Of a DNA stretch of 64,000 nt, positions 53,141 through 62,404 are shown one piece after another. Every line of letters starts with the position of its first letter. Positions within the stretch are counted from its first letter, which is position 1. The stretch lies in assembly GCA_965207975.1 (NCBI GenBank), contig OZ242315.1:4106449-4170448 (forward strand), written 5' to 3'. The position numbers and the translations under genes are program-made. Source of the DNA: Candidatus Poribacteria bacterium (GTDB lineage Bacteria > Poribacteria > WGA-4E > PCPOR2b). Under the pieces are notes generated by a model. That model did no database searches. It was not told where the DNA came from and saw only the letters and a list, made by a program, of their open reading frames with translations.

Positions 53141-54193
53141 ATGACAATTGGGTTAGGAGTTATTGGAATGAACCCCACCAATATGGGGTCAACTGCAACG
53201 TTGCTCAAGGATGTGCCCGATCTCAAGTACGAACTCCGGGGGATGTGTGCCAAAAGGGCGGATGTGTTAGAGAATTATGCGACGGAGATTGGGGTGGGAT
53301 TTTGGACAACTGACTATCAGGAGTTGGTTTCTCGTGATGATATTGATGTGGTGGCGGTCTATTCGCCCGATCACCTTCATGCTGAACATTGTGCCGCTGC
53401 AATTGAAGCCGGGAAGCATGTTATCTGCACGAAACCGATGGTGACCAATCTTGAAGACGCGAAACGACTGGTCGGATTGGTACGGGAAAAAGGGGTCAAG
53501 TTTCTGGTCGGTCAAACGATGCGCTTTGATCTACAATTCCAGACGATGCGCCGCTTTTTTGATGACGGTGAACTGGGGGAAATCATGGCAGCAGACGCTT
53601 ACTACGTCCATGATATGCGCCCTGTATATGATTTCACCCCCTGGCGGTTGCACGAGCCACAGGATCTGATGTATGGCGGTGTGGTGCATCCTGTCGATAT
53701 TTTACGGAGCTTTTTGGGCGATGTTGAAGAGGTGCACGCCTACGGCGCGAAAGGAAAACTCACCCCCGAATATCCGATAAAGAACAATTTCTTCCTGAAC
53801 CTGAAATTTGCCGGTGGACAGATTGCGCGAGCGATGGGGTTGTATGACATCGTCCATCCGCCTATGCCGATGATGCAGGTTTCGATTTACGGCACAGGCG
53901 GCACGATGATCGGGGATTTTACGGACAACAAAGGCGGACAGGTCAAGCTAGTTTTGGACAAGTTGGCAGCGAAAGAGCCGTTGGAGATGACATGCCCGGC
54001 TGAAGTTGATACGAGCGTTTACGGGCACGGTCAGACTGTCATCCGTTATATGCGACATTTTCAGGAGTGTATCGAAGAAGATCTGGAGCCGTCCCCGAAT
54101 GCGGTTGATGGGGCAAAATCGGTCGCTGTCGGTGTTGCGGCGTGGGAGTCGATTGAAACAGGGCAGCCGGTGAAGGTGTTCAACGATTTTTAG
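53141..54193 (+). CDS. Gfo/Idh/MocA oxidoreductase
   Basis: GLGVIG, SPDHLH, AGKHVICTKP; AAGGAG RBS before ATG 53141. Confidence 0.9.
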   Translation: MTIGLGVIGMNPTNMGSTATLLKDVPDLKYELRGMCAKRADVLENYATEIGVGFWTTDYQELVSRDDIDVVAVYSPDHLHAEHCAAAIEAGKHVICTKPMVTNLEDAKRLVGLVREKGVKFLVGQTMRFDLQFQTMRRFFDDGELGEIMAADAYYVHDMRPVYDFTPWRLHEPQDLMYGGVVHPVDILRSFLGDVEEVHAYGAKGKLTPEYPIKNNFFLNLKFAGGQIARAMGLYDIVHPPMPMMQVSIYGTGGTMIGDFTDNKGGQVKLVLDKLAAKEPLEMTCPAEVDTSVYGHGQTVIRYMRHFQECIEEDLEPSPNAVDGAKSVAVGVAAWESIETGQPVKVFNDF

Positions 54194-54199
54194 CTATCA

Positions 54200-54351
54200 T
54201 AGGGCTTACGCACCAGTATCTCAATCGGCGCGTTGTCCGTTCCGAGACCGGGTTGGACGGAAGGAAAAGGAAGGATGGGGGACTTTCCGTTTTTCCATTC
54301 TTCCCGTCTTCCAATCGCCCCGGCAAAGGAAGGAATTTTGCGTAAATCCTA
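54200..54351. mobile_element. 152-bp MITE with TAGG.CTTACGCA-type termini
   Basis: TIRs TAGGGCTTACGCA / TGCGTAAATCCTA (11/13); 5-bp TSD TATCA at 54195-54199 and 54352-54356. Confidence 0.75.
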
Positions 54352-54353
54352 TA

Positions 54354-55118
54354 TCAGTGGATCCCCATCGCCTTGAGATTTCTCAGGCTGATTCCTAGAC
54401 TCTCAAATGGATCGCGTTGGCAGGTATCCTGCTCGACGATATACCACTCCACACCGGCTTCTTTACAGGCATCAAGGATTGCGTCCCAATTCAGATTTCC
54501 TTCGCCGACCTCTGCAAACAGTTGGGTGCGATCATCCATCGCCATATCTTTTAGGTGAATGATATCGGCACGCCCTTTCAGCTTTCGGATCCACGCCGCC
54601 GGATCGCCTCCCCCGTGTTGGATCCAGTATGTGTCGAGTTCGCTGTTGAAATATTGTGGATCGCTATCCTCGTACAAGATTTCCAATCCGGTGCGCCCGT
54701 TGAATCTCTCCAGTTCAAAACTGTGGTTGTGGTAGGAGAAAGTCAATCCGCCCTCCGCTAGTCGTTTGGCAACTTCGGAGGCCTCTTTGGCGAATCGTGC
54801 GTAGCCTTCGGCGTTGCGATACTCTTGGGGCAAGCCGCCGATTGCCGCATGTTTGCAGCCCCAGAGGTGATGCTCGTCGATGACCGCTTGCGGTTCGTCG
54901 CGCATACGATCGTAGTCTGTATGGGTGGCGCAGATTGTTAAGCCTTCGCCATCGACAATCCTTTTCAATTCGTGTGCGTCAATCTCACCGAGTGCTGAAC
55001 ATTGCACAGCGTCGTAACCGAGTTGCTTGACCTTCTTCATTGTTGTGGTAATCTCGGCTGGGGTGTTGGTGAAATTGCGGACCGTATACAGTTGTGCCGC
55101 CAATTGTGATGCTGCCAT
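54354..55118 (-). CDS. Sugar phosphate isomerase/epimerase (xylose-isomerase-like TIM barrel)
   Basis: QLYTVR, YHNHSFE, ELDTYW, HLKD, VEQD; AGGAGG RBS before ATG 55118. Confidence 0.9.
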   Translation of the reverse strand: MAASQLAAQLYTVRNFTNTPAEITTTMKKVKQLGYDAVQCSALGEIDAHELKRIVDGEGLTICATHTDYDRMRDEPQAVIDEHHLWGCKHAAIGGLPQEYRNAEGYARFAKEASEVAKRLAEGGLTFSYHNHSFELERFNGRTGLEILYEDSDPQYFNSELDTYWIQHGGGDPAAWIRKLKGRADIIHLKDMAMDDRTQLFAEVGEGNLNWDAILDACKEAGVEWYIVEQDTCQRDPFESLGISLRNLKAMGIH

Positions 55119-55149
55119 AAATGTATTCCTCCTGAAATGGTTATATTGG

Positions 55150-55407
55150 TAGGACTTACGCAGTTGAAGGCTCAAAGTCTCCATATTGAGAGTCTCCGAC
55201 TTGTGTGTGTGAGGGGCATCTCCCGCAAGTTCCGATTCCATCGGAATGCCCGGAACGGCACGAGGATCCCGATAAATCGGGACCTGCCCCGATACGCCCG
55301 ATAAATCGGGCAACTACAGTAAAGTCTCAGGTTTGTAGTAGGGCGATTTATCGCCCGTTCGGACGCGCAATGAATTGCGCTACTACAAACTCAGTGTGCA
55401 ACTCCTA
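55150..55407. mobile_element. MITE of the same terminus family carrying nested REP and micro-palindromes
   Basis: TAGGACTTACGCA ... TGTGCAACTCCTA (10/13); internal TTCCGATTCCATCGGAA, two CCCGATAAATCGGG and a GTAG...CTAC REP doublet. Confidence 0.6.
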
Positions 55408-55559
55408 ATGGAGTTAAGGATGATATTTTAACACAAATTGTTAGGGCGTGTTGATATTTATGTGAATCATATCAGTGATTCAAGCCCCAATATCGCTTAA
55501 CATCAAGGCATGGGCACACAGGTACACAGCACGCATCGGATTTAGAGCAAGCGGGACAC

Positions 55560-55601
55560 AAAAAAAGGGGGTATCCTTAGAAATCCAAAGATACACCCCT
55601 A
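55560..55601 (-). terminator. Rho-independent terminator of the 57.5-55.6 kb cluster
   Basis: GGGGTGTATC...GATACCCCC stem followed by a T tract on the minus strand. Confidence 0.7.
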
Positions 55602-55624
55602 TTCTGATTCGATTGAGATTGTCG

Positions 55625-56143
55625 CTACGGTGCTTCCCACCTGATGATACCCACCTGATTGTGAACGGTCACACGATTGGCAACTTCATCGGCGTATAAC
55701 TGCACAGCATTGGCAGCCTCCGGGTTGTAGACGGTTACGCGATTGGTGACTTTACCCGCAGATAAACGAACCCCATCTTTTCCAAACGGATTGCGGACGA
55801 TGACACGATTTGCTAGTTCACTCGTGCGTAACAGCACCGCAGGCTCTCCTGATTTATCAGCGACAGCGAGGTTGTTTCCTATTTCATCAGCGACTAAGAG
55901 AACTGCCGGCGTGCCCTGAGGATTGTGGATAACAATCCCATTGCCCAAAGTCTCATCGGTACGTAAGACAATCGCGGGCTCTCCCGACATATTGACCACC
56001 GTTAGCCCGGTACATTGAATCTCACCGAGAACGTCCCCCTTTTGTGCAATCAGCGGCGGACAAAGGGTTGCACCGACTCCAATCCCAATCAGCATAATAA
56101 CCGCGCCTAATGCGATGTAGAAACACTTCTGTTTCTGATTCAT
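55625..56143 (-). CDS. Secreted or membrane-anchored protein with ~22-aa beta repeats
   Basis: N-terminal hydrophobic segment, then 5-6 repeats of N-x-V-x-V-x-N-x-x-G-x-x-A-V-x-L. Confidence 0.7.
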   Translation of the reverse strand: MNQKQKCFYIALGAVIMLIGIGVGATLCPPLIAQKGDVLGEIQCTGLTVVNMSGEPAIVLRTDETLGNGIVIHNPQGTPAVLLVADEIGNNLAVADKSGEPAVLLRTSELANRVIVRNPFGKDGVRLSAGKVTNRVTVYNPEAANAVQLYADEVANRVTVHNQVGIIRWEAP

Positions 56144-56373
56144 TCCGTGTCTCCCCGGTCAATGGCTTGGGCTTTATGCTCACGCTCCCACCGTTCCATC
56201 GCCTCTTTTAGACGTTTCAGATTCTCTTCACACGGTGAACACTCCTCCTCCGTTTCCAACTCAACCTGTTGGGGAGCAGGGACACCGGGCAACTGGTCTG
56301 TTGCATACGCAATGAACAACCCTACAATCACCAAAACACAGAATAATCCCCACGTTATCATAAACACTTTCAT
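56140..56373 (-). CDS. Small membrane protein with CxxC motif
   Basis: N-terminal TM, ECSPCEE, helical tail; ATGA overlaps with both neighbours. Confidence 0.65.
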   Translation of the reverse strand: MKVFMITWGLFCVLVIVGLFIAYATDQLPGVPAPQQVELETEEECSPCEENLKRLKEAMERWEREHKAQAIDRGDTE

Positions 56374-57566
56374 TGAGAAATCTCCTCCTCCGATTTATCG
56401 GAGTCCTCGGAACGGGATCTGTTTCGGTGCTGTTCTATCTGCTTTGCAACCTCTGGGTCGTTTTCTCTGAGACGGCGGAGCCCTTCTTCGGGACCGTACC
56501 GCTCCAAAGTATTCATTGCCCGCTCGAACCGCTCTGATGAAAACTGTAATTTCAGGGAAGCTTCCAGATTGCTTTGAATCTCTCCCAGTTTGTCAGGACT
56601 TGGCGCAGTAGGTATATCAGGCGGTTGAGGTGTCAACGAGCTTTCGATTTCTGCCCGAATCTCTGCATTAGTCATTGGAGCACTTTCCGATGTGTCAAGC
56701 GTAGTAGGCATTTCCGTTTCGCTGTGAGACGCTGAGGGGCTTTCCATGACAGACGACATATCCCACGAAGGGACAGCAGGCTGTGATTCGGGCACATCGC
56801 CTCCCGCTTTCTCTGCTGCTACAACAATGCTTGCCGCGTTTCGCTGCACATCAGCCATTCAGACAAGTGCGGGGTTGCTTTCCATGCCTGGCCACTCTGG
56901 TCTACGGTAACCAGCAAAGTCTTCGTCGAACTGCCCTAGGAACCAGGCATAATTCCGATCATTTTTGAGTCCGAATTCACTGAACACTTTGCCACGTTGA
57001 TCTGCTGCTGCTATCGGGTCCTCAAGATTGACCCGTTCAGCGGAGAGAAACAACTTCGCTATCTTTAGACGCATCTCGGGCTCATAATCCTCCGGTTCCC
57101 CGGTGGGAAAGTATTTACGGAAGACCTGGTCCCATATGGTTCGATCTAACGAAATCCCTTTCGATTCAAAAAAGTCAAACCATTTTCCGTAATCGAGCCC
57201 TGTTTTCCGAGATTCTTTTAAATGTTCGATGTACTCTGGCGAATCCATAGCCTCAAGGATTTTTTGCTGCACTGGTGTTGTGGGTTCACCATATATGGCC
57301 ATTGCATTACTTTTTGCGCGCCGTGCGACCCTTTCCTCGAAAGGCAGCAGCTCTGTCTCCTGATCTCCGTCGAAATTTTGAGAAGGTTGCGGGAGGTTCT
57401 GCTTTCCGGCAGTTATTCCATCGTTGGAGGAAGCGGACTTCTCATAAGTCAGAAGGGCTCTGACCTTATGTTCCCGGAGAAAAAACCACACCGACACGCA
57501 AACGGCTATCCCTATCAAAAACGCGCTACCCACAAGCACCACTTTTCTGATTCGTTCGATTTTCAT
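56370..57566 (-). pseudogene. Membrane-anchored hypothetical protein split by one in-frame TGA (or two abutting ORFs)
   Basis: ORFs 56859..57566 and 56370..56858 share a frame: ...SNPALV-TGA-MADVQ...; no RBS before the second ATG. Confidence 0.6.
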
Positions 57567-57635
57567 TAATTTTTACCTTTCGATTTGAAGGTAGCCCCCG
57601 GCTTCCCCTAAAAAAACGCAGGTTGCTAGTAGCAT

Positions 57636-57735
57636 AGAAAAACCGAGTTTTTCGCGCTTATATCGTCTGATTTGGGGAAAATGGGTTGGATTTTCCCTTA
57701 AATTGTGTATCTTCTATGTAAAAAACTCGGTTTCT
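57636..57735. repeat. Expanded copy of the 34-bp palindrome family (arms separated by about 70 bp)
   Basis: AAACCGAGTTTTT ... AAAAACTCGGTTT. Confidence 0.7.
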
Positions 57736-57807
57736 CCAAGTTACTTTGTAGTTTCCTGTGAGATCAGTCAATCGGTTTTAATGCGTGTTCTGCTGGGGCC
57801 CTGAATG

Positions 57808-57896
57808 CGTAAGGATTGGGTTTCCCAACCCGTCGGGCTTCGGAACCAAGCCCCTACGATTTTGGAGGAGTTATGACGTAATACGGCATAACTCCC
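57808..57896. repeat. REP-like doublet plus hairpin
   Basis: TTGGGTTTCCCAA, GGGCTTCGGAACCAAGCCC followed by CTAC, GGAGTTATG...CATAACTCC. Confidence 0.55.
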
Positions 57897-57901
57897 TAAA
57901 A

Positions 57902-59626
57902 TTAGTTGCAAGATGTGTTTGCATATCCAAAAAATTCCGTGATACGTCGCTTGAAAAGCAGCGTCAACACAAGCTGAATCAGTCCCAAAGCGGTCATTAC
58001 AAATACGATGAGGATAATCGAGAGCGCAGCCGCTTGCGAGAAGTCGCTGTTCTCAACGAAGCCGAGGATTGCCACAGTGATCAGATTCCACCGCCCGGAG
58101 ACAACAAAGATCACCGCACTGATGGCGGTCATACAGCGGACGAAACTGTAAGCGAGTCCAGCGAAAAACGCCGGCGCAATCAGCGGCAACAGGATCCGTC
58201 GAAATGTGGTCAGGCTGCCTGCGCCCAAATTGGTTGAAGCCTCCTCCAGCGAGGAGTCTATCTGGTCTAACGAAGCAGCGGCAGCACGGATTCCGACAGG
58301 CATGTTGCGGAAGATAAATAGCAGCACGATGATAGCCGCTGTCCCTCTCAACATAAGCGGTGGTTGGTTAAAAGCGAGGATATAGCCGATGCCGACCACC
58401 GTCCCCGGCACGGCAAAACTCAACATAGAGGTCACATCCATTAACCCGCGCCCCACAAACTGCTTCCGCTTGACCAGAAACGCAATGACCATTCCTAGCA
58501 CCCCTGTCAACGGTGTGGCAATCGCTGCGAGCAGGAGGGAGTCTACGATGTAATCGGCTCCTAGGCGAAAGGCTTCCACATAGTTGTTCAGCGTCAGCGA
58601 ATAATTGACACCCCATAGCGTAGTGAACGATCCAACTACCACCAACCCGTAAAAAAGAAGGACACATCCTACCGTTCCCCAGCAGATAGCCATCAGCGGA
58701 TACTGTACCCGTTTATCAGCCGTTTGCACCCCTGCTCCTGATGCCCGTCCTGTCAGTGCGACGAAGCTGCGTTGGCGTAGGAGATAGTGCTGTAAGAAAT
58801 AGACAGCAAGTGAGGGCAGTAGGAGTGCCATCGCCAGTGTTGCCCCACCGGGGAGGTTGTCATTGCCGGTGATTTGGAGATACGCCTGCACGGAAAGGAC
58901 GTTGAACCGGCCCGCCAAGATAAGCGGATTGCCGAAATCTGCCATTGACTCGATGAACAGCAGCAGCATCGCATTTACAATCCCCGGCAACGAAAGCGGG
59001 ACTGTAACAGTTCGGAAGACCTTCCACCGAGATGCACCGAGATTTGATGCCGCTTCCTCCAATGCTGGATCAATGGACGATAGCACACCGACCAACACCA
59101 GATAGGCGGTGGGGAAGTAGGCGAGTGTCTCAACAATAACTAGCCCGGTCAGACCGTAGATGTCGAAACCTGCTGCGTAGAGATCTATGCCGAGTCCTTC
59201 GAGGAGGAGTTTCCGGGTGATTATGCCGTTTCGACCAAACAGGAGGATCGCGGAGAGCGCGATAACGAAGGGCGGGGAGATAATCGGCAGGAGTGTGCTA
59301 GCTTGGAGGAGTCTTTTGAACCGCATATCCGTCTTTGTGACGGCGTATGCACAGGCGAATCCGACGGTTGTGCCGAGCAACGCGACGCAGATGCCCAAGA
59401 CGATACTGTTGTAGAACGGCTGCCGATTGTAGGATTTGGCGAACAGTTCCCAGACATACTTGAGCGTGAATGTTGAACCATCTTTCGCGATGAAACAGGT
59501 CTTGAACACCTGAAACAGCGGAAACACCACGAACAGGAGGAGCAGCACGCTGATGAGAATAACGGCTATGAGGACGGAGGGTTCACGCCAAAAGTGGTTC
59601 CAATTGATGAGAGATTTTCGTGGCAT
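57902..59626 (-). CDS. Fe3+-type ABC transporter permease (FbpB-like, two domains)
   Basis: Two EAA motifs (LEEAASNLGA, LEEASTNLGA), ISPPF, ADFGNP, AVPGTVVGI. Confidence 0.9.
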   Translation of the reverse strand: MPRKSLINWNHFWREPSVLIAVILISVLLLLFVVFPLFQVFKTCFIAKDGSTFTLKYVWELFAKSYNRQPFYNSIVLGICVALLGTTVGFACAYAVTKTDMRFKRLLQASTLLPIISPPFVIALSAILLFGRNGIITRKLLLEGLGIDLYAAGFDIYGLTGLVIVETLAYFPTAYLVLVGVLSSIDPALEEAASNLGASRWKVFRTVTVPLSLPGIVNAMLLLFIESMADFGNPLILAGRFNVLSVQAYLQITGNDNLPGGATLAMALLLPSLAVYFLQHYLLRQRSFVALTGRASGAGVQTADKRVQYPLMAICWGTVGCVLLFYGLVVVGSFTTLWGVNYSLTLNNYVEAFRLGADYIVDSLLLAAIATPLTGVLGMVIAFLVKRKQFVGRGLMDVTSMLSFAVPGTVVGIGYILAFNQPPLMLRGTAAIIVLLFIFRNMPVGIRAAAASLDQIDSSLEEASTNLGAGSLTTFRRILLPLIAPAFFAGLAYSFVRCMTAISAVIFVVSGRWNLITVAILGFVENSDFSQAAALSIILIVFVMTALGLIQLVLTLLFKRRITEFFGYANTSCN

Positions 59627-59745
59627 CGGAAAAAAGGAAGCTACACCATTGCCAATCAGTTGTCATCCAACCCGCAGTCCCGTTAGATCCGGAATTGAGA
59701 TCAAAAGGCGAAAATAAAAAGGCTCATGTGAAGAAATCGTGCAAC

Positions 59746-59779
59746 AGAAACCGAGTTTTCAAGAAAAAACTCGGTTTCT
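59746..59779. repeat. 34-bp palindromic dispersed repeat, copy 5
   Basis: One mismatch to the copy at 51474; shared flanks. Confidence 0.88.
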
Positions 59780-59815
59780 CTTCATGCTTTGCACTCTCTT
59801 TTTATATGAGGCAAT

Positions 59816-59849
59816 AAAAAAAGCAGGGAATGGTCTTCCCTGCTTTTTT
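59816..59849. terminator. Bidirectional rho-independent terminator after the TPR gene
   Basis: AAAAAAAGCAGGGAA-TGGTC-TTCCCTGCTTTTTT. Confidence 0.85.
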
Positions 59850-59877
59850 GCTGATTCATGCGACAAGATATTGCCAC

Positions 59878-61335
59878 CTACATACCACCAGCCGGTGCCT
59901 TTTCGTCTTCGGCTTGCTGTTTCTTAGCGTCCGGATTGTCGTTAGGATCTTTATCGGAGGTGCCGGCTTCCTGTTCGACATAGAATTTGAAGCCATCGCC
60001 ATCCTGATCCAGCTCATACTGACGGACAATCTGCTCTGCCTCACGGTAGTATTTGCCTTCTTTGTCTAAGCTCATATAAGCTTTGAAACCTTCATAGGCT
60101 TCCTCGAACTCGCGGACAGCACGATAACAAACGGCTAGCTGATACACCGCTTCATCCCGCCAAGTGGATTCGGGGGCTTTCTTTAGCATATCTTCAAAGG
60201 CAGCGATTGCGCGCTGATACTGCCCATCTTTCTGATACAGGTCGCCAATCCGAAACAGTGCGTCTGCGGCATGGAACTTTTTGTATGACAGATTTTCTGC
60301 CAATTTACGGTACGCAGCAATTGCAGCCGGATAGTTTCTCATCTTGACCCAACCAGATCCGATGTTCTGGAAATTCTGGGCGATACGATCTGCGTATCCC
60401 GCAACATACAAATCACTCGGGAGTACGTCCCGTCCTGCACTTATGTAGTCGAGTGCTTTCTGGTTTGTATACTTTTTAATATCAGCCTGATCTTGAGCAA
60501 TCTCTGTCAGGGTTGTTTCTGTTTCCTTGAGCAAGGTTTCCGCATCAGAGGCTTCATAAGAATCTGGAAACTTTTCAATGACTTTGATATAGGCGGGCCA
60601 ACCCCCTATGTAGTCATAAAGTTCGTAAAAGTAGATATTACCAACTTGGAACTGGGCTTGGGGTGCGAGTCTATGTTCAGGGAACTCCGCAACCACTCGT
60701 TCAAACTGCTTAATTGCCTCTTCGGAATTACCGAGTGTTTGGTAAGCACGTGCTTCATCGTAAAGTGCACGTACGGCTTTATCTCTACTATCTTCTGCTT
60801 GTTGGTTGTACAGTTCTATGTCTTCGGGCGCGGTAGCTTCCTTCGCACGCATAGCTAAATCTTTGCTGAGTGGCGCGTGGTTTTGATAGGTACGCCTGTT
60901 TTCTTTAATCACATCGCGATTTTTACGGATATCAGCAATACTACTCTTTGCGCGACCTCCCAAAAAGCCGGTGGGGGCGATGTCTACAATCGCTTGATAA
61001 TGCTCTGTGGATTTATCCCATTCAAAACGTTTTTTGTAGATCGCCGCTGCTTGGAAATGTGAATAGGTTGCATACTTTCCGTTCGGATCTTGCGCGATAA
61101 TTTCGAGATACCCTGTAAGTGCGGCATCATACAGTTCTTTCCGTTTGGCAAGGTCTGCTTTCCTATTTTCGGGGCTATCTGCACGAATGGTCATACCTTG
61201 AGCTTGCTCAAATTTACGGTCTGCATTTTGAACCTTTATACTTGATGGCATCATGCGACCCGTACAACCAGTAATCACCGCCGCTATTATTACAAGCGCG
61301 ATGTAGGGGGCAAGGTTTACAAAACAGCGATTCAT
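59878..61335 (-). CDS. TPR-repeat lipoprotein (BamD/CpoB-like repeats) with C-terminal DxDxDG motif
   Basis: Lipobox ITGC; repeats such as FPEHRLAPQAQFQVG, FPDS, APESTWRDEAVY; DQDGDG. Confidence 0.8.
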   Translation of the reverse strand: MNRCFVNLAPYIALVIIAAVITGCTGRMMPSSIKVQNADRKFEQAQGMTIRADSPENRKADLAKRKELYDAALTGYLEIIAQDPNGKYATYSHFQAAAIYKKRFEWDKSTEHYQAIVDIAPTGFLGGRAKSSIADIRKNRDVIKENRRTYQNHAPLSKDLAMRAKEATAPEDIELYNQQAEDSRDKAVRALYDEARAYQTLGNSEEAIKQFERVVAEFPEHRLAPQAQFQVGNIYFYELYDYIGGWPAYIKVIEKFPDSYEASDAETLLKETETTLTEIAQDQADIKKYTNQKALDYISAGRDVLPSDLYVAGYADRIAQNFQNIGSGWVKMRNYPAAIAAYRKLAENLSYKKFHAADALFRIGDLYQKDGQYQRAIAAFEDMLKKAPESTWRDEAVYQLAVCYRAVREFEEAYEGFKAYMSLDKEGKYYREAEQIVRQYELDQDGDGFKFYVEQEAGTSDKDPNDNPDAKKQQAEDEKAPAGGM

Positions 61336-61409
61336 GGTTATTCCTCCTAACGTTAACTAGATTGATGAATTAGCAGGATTCTCAAGAATCCTGTTTGAAG
61401 TTTTGCTTC

Positions 61410-61438
61410 ATTATAATCGTTTTGCAAAAAATTGTCAA
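61410..61438 (-). promoter_or_regulatory. Consensus promoter of the TPR lipoprotein gene
   Basis: TTGACA-17 bp-TATAAT on the minus strand. Confidence 0.75.
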
Positions 61439-61507
61439 CAATCATTTTGAATATTTCGAGGAAGCAATCAATATCGTCGGACTGACCTGACAGTACGCAA
61501 GAGAATT

Positions 61508-62404
61508 TCACTGGCTCAGCTGCGTTGTGAAATTAATGAAAATCTCCCCCGACTGATCGATCTGCGGCACTGTCTTGGGCAAAGCGTTAAATCGAATCCT
61601 TTCGACATATCGTTTGGCTTGCTCTTTGAGTCGAACTTCGCCGACTGTTGTTAGAAAACCGGGCTTCACTCGAACATCGTACACCGTGCCATCGGGTTTC
61701 ACCTTGAAGCCGATCTGGACGCCGCCTCCTTGTTTGCCTTGTGTTTGAATGGGTTTTCCCAAGCTATAACCGCGTCCGCTGACTTCACCGGAAATTTCAA
61801 ACTCGAAGCCAACACCATCGGTAACGTTACTTTGCCCGGTATGGGCTATGTTTCCGGTAGATACCTGCTTGGTCAAGCTGTGTCCGCGTTCCCCTTTATG
61901 TTTGAACCTGTCCGTATCTCGAACGCCTCGACGCGCTGGGGCACCGTAGGACCCCTCCTCATCAACCCGTGGTTTCTCCCGAACCCTAGCGTTCGTAGCC
62001 TCCAAATCGTCGAGTAGCGTCTGATTTCGTCCTTTTACAGGGGCTGCGCCTAACGCCAAACGATTCGGATCTTCGTCGGTGCTCCGCGCTAGGGCACGGG
62101 CGGGTAAGCCGCCTGATGGGCCGCCAGGATTTAGATATCGTTGAACATTGTGAGCAGATTGGATTGGTGGCAATTCGGTGGGCATTTCAGGCTGGCGAAT
62201 CGGAGACATAGCGATAGGAATTTCTTCTTCCATACGCTTCTGCACCGGCTCATTTATCAGAATGTCCACGGTTATGGCTGTGTCATGAACCTTTGGCACA
62301 GGTTTTGTGTAGGCTGCCATAGCTAACACCAGAATCAGTGCCAGATGTTCGACGATTGCAATCCCAAAAAAAGTGCTGAGTTTAACTTCCCCTCGTGTGT
62401 TCAT
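61508..62404 (-). CDS. TonB/TolA-like energy transducer
   Basis: N-terminal TM with conserved His (EHLAL), long low-complexity linker, TonB-C-like tail (GVQIGFKVKPDGTV...A...RF...G.I.INF). Confidence 0.75.
   Translation of the reverse strand: MNTRGEVKLSTFFGIAIVEHLALILVLAMAAYTKPVPKVHDTAITVDILINEPVQKRMEEEIPIAMSPIRQPEMPTELPPIQSAHNVQRYLNPGGPSGGLPARALARSTDEDPNRLALGAAPVKGRNQTLLDDLEATNARVREKPRVDEEGSYGAPARRGVRDTDRFKHKGERGHSLTKQVSTGNIAHTGQSNVTDGVGFEFEISGEVSGRGYSLGKPIQTQGKQGGGVQIGFKVKPDGTVYDVRVKPGFLTTVGEVRLKEQAKRYVERIRFNALPKTVPQIDQSGEIFINFTTQLSQ

Noticed and set aside
56859-56861. Alternative genetic code (TGA=Trp/Gly) or selenocysteine
   Set aside because: rpoB, rpoC, queG and others end at TGA at the expected lengths; no redox-motif context or evident SECIS
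24876-59779. 34-bp palindromic repeats as a CRISPR array
   Set aside because: Copies are kilobases apart with no regular spacers, and no cas genes are present
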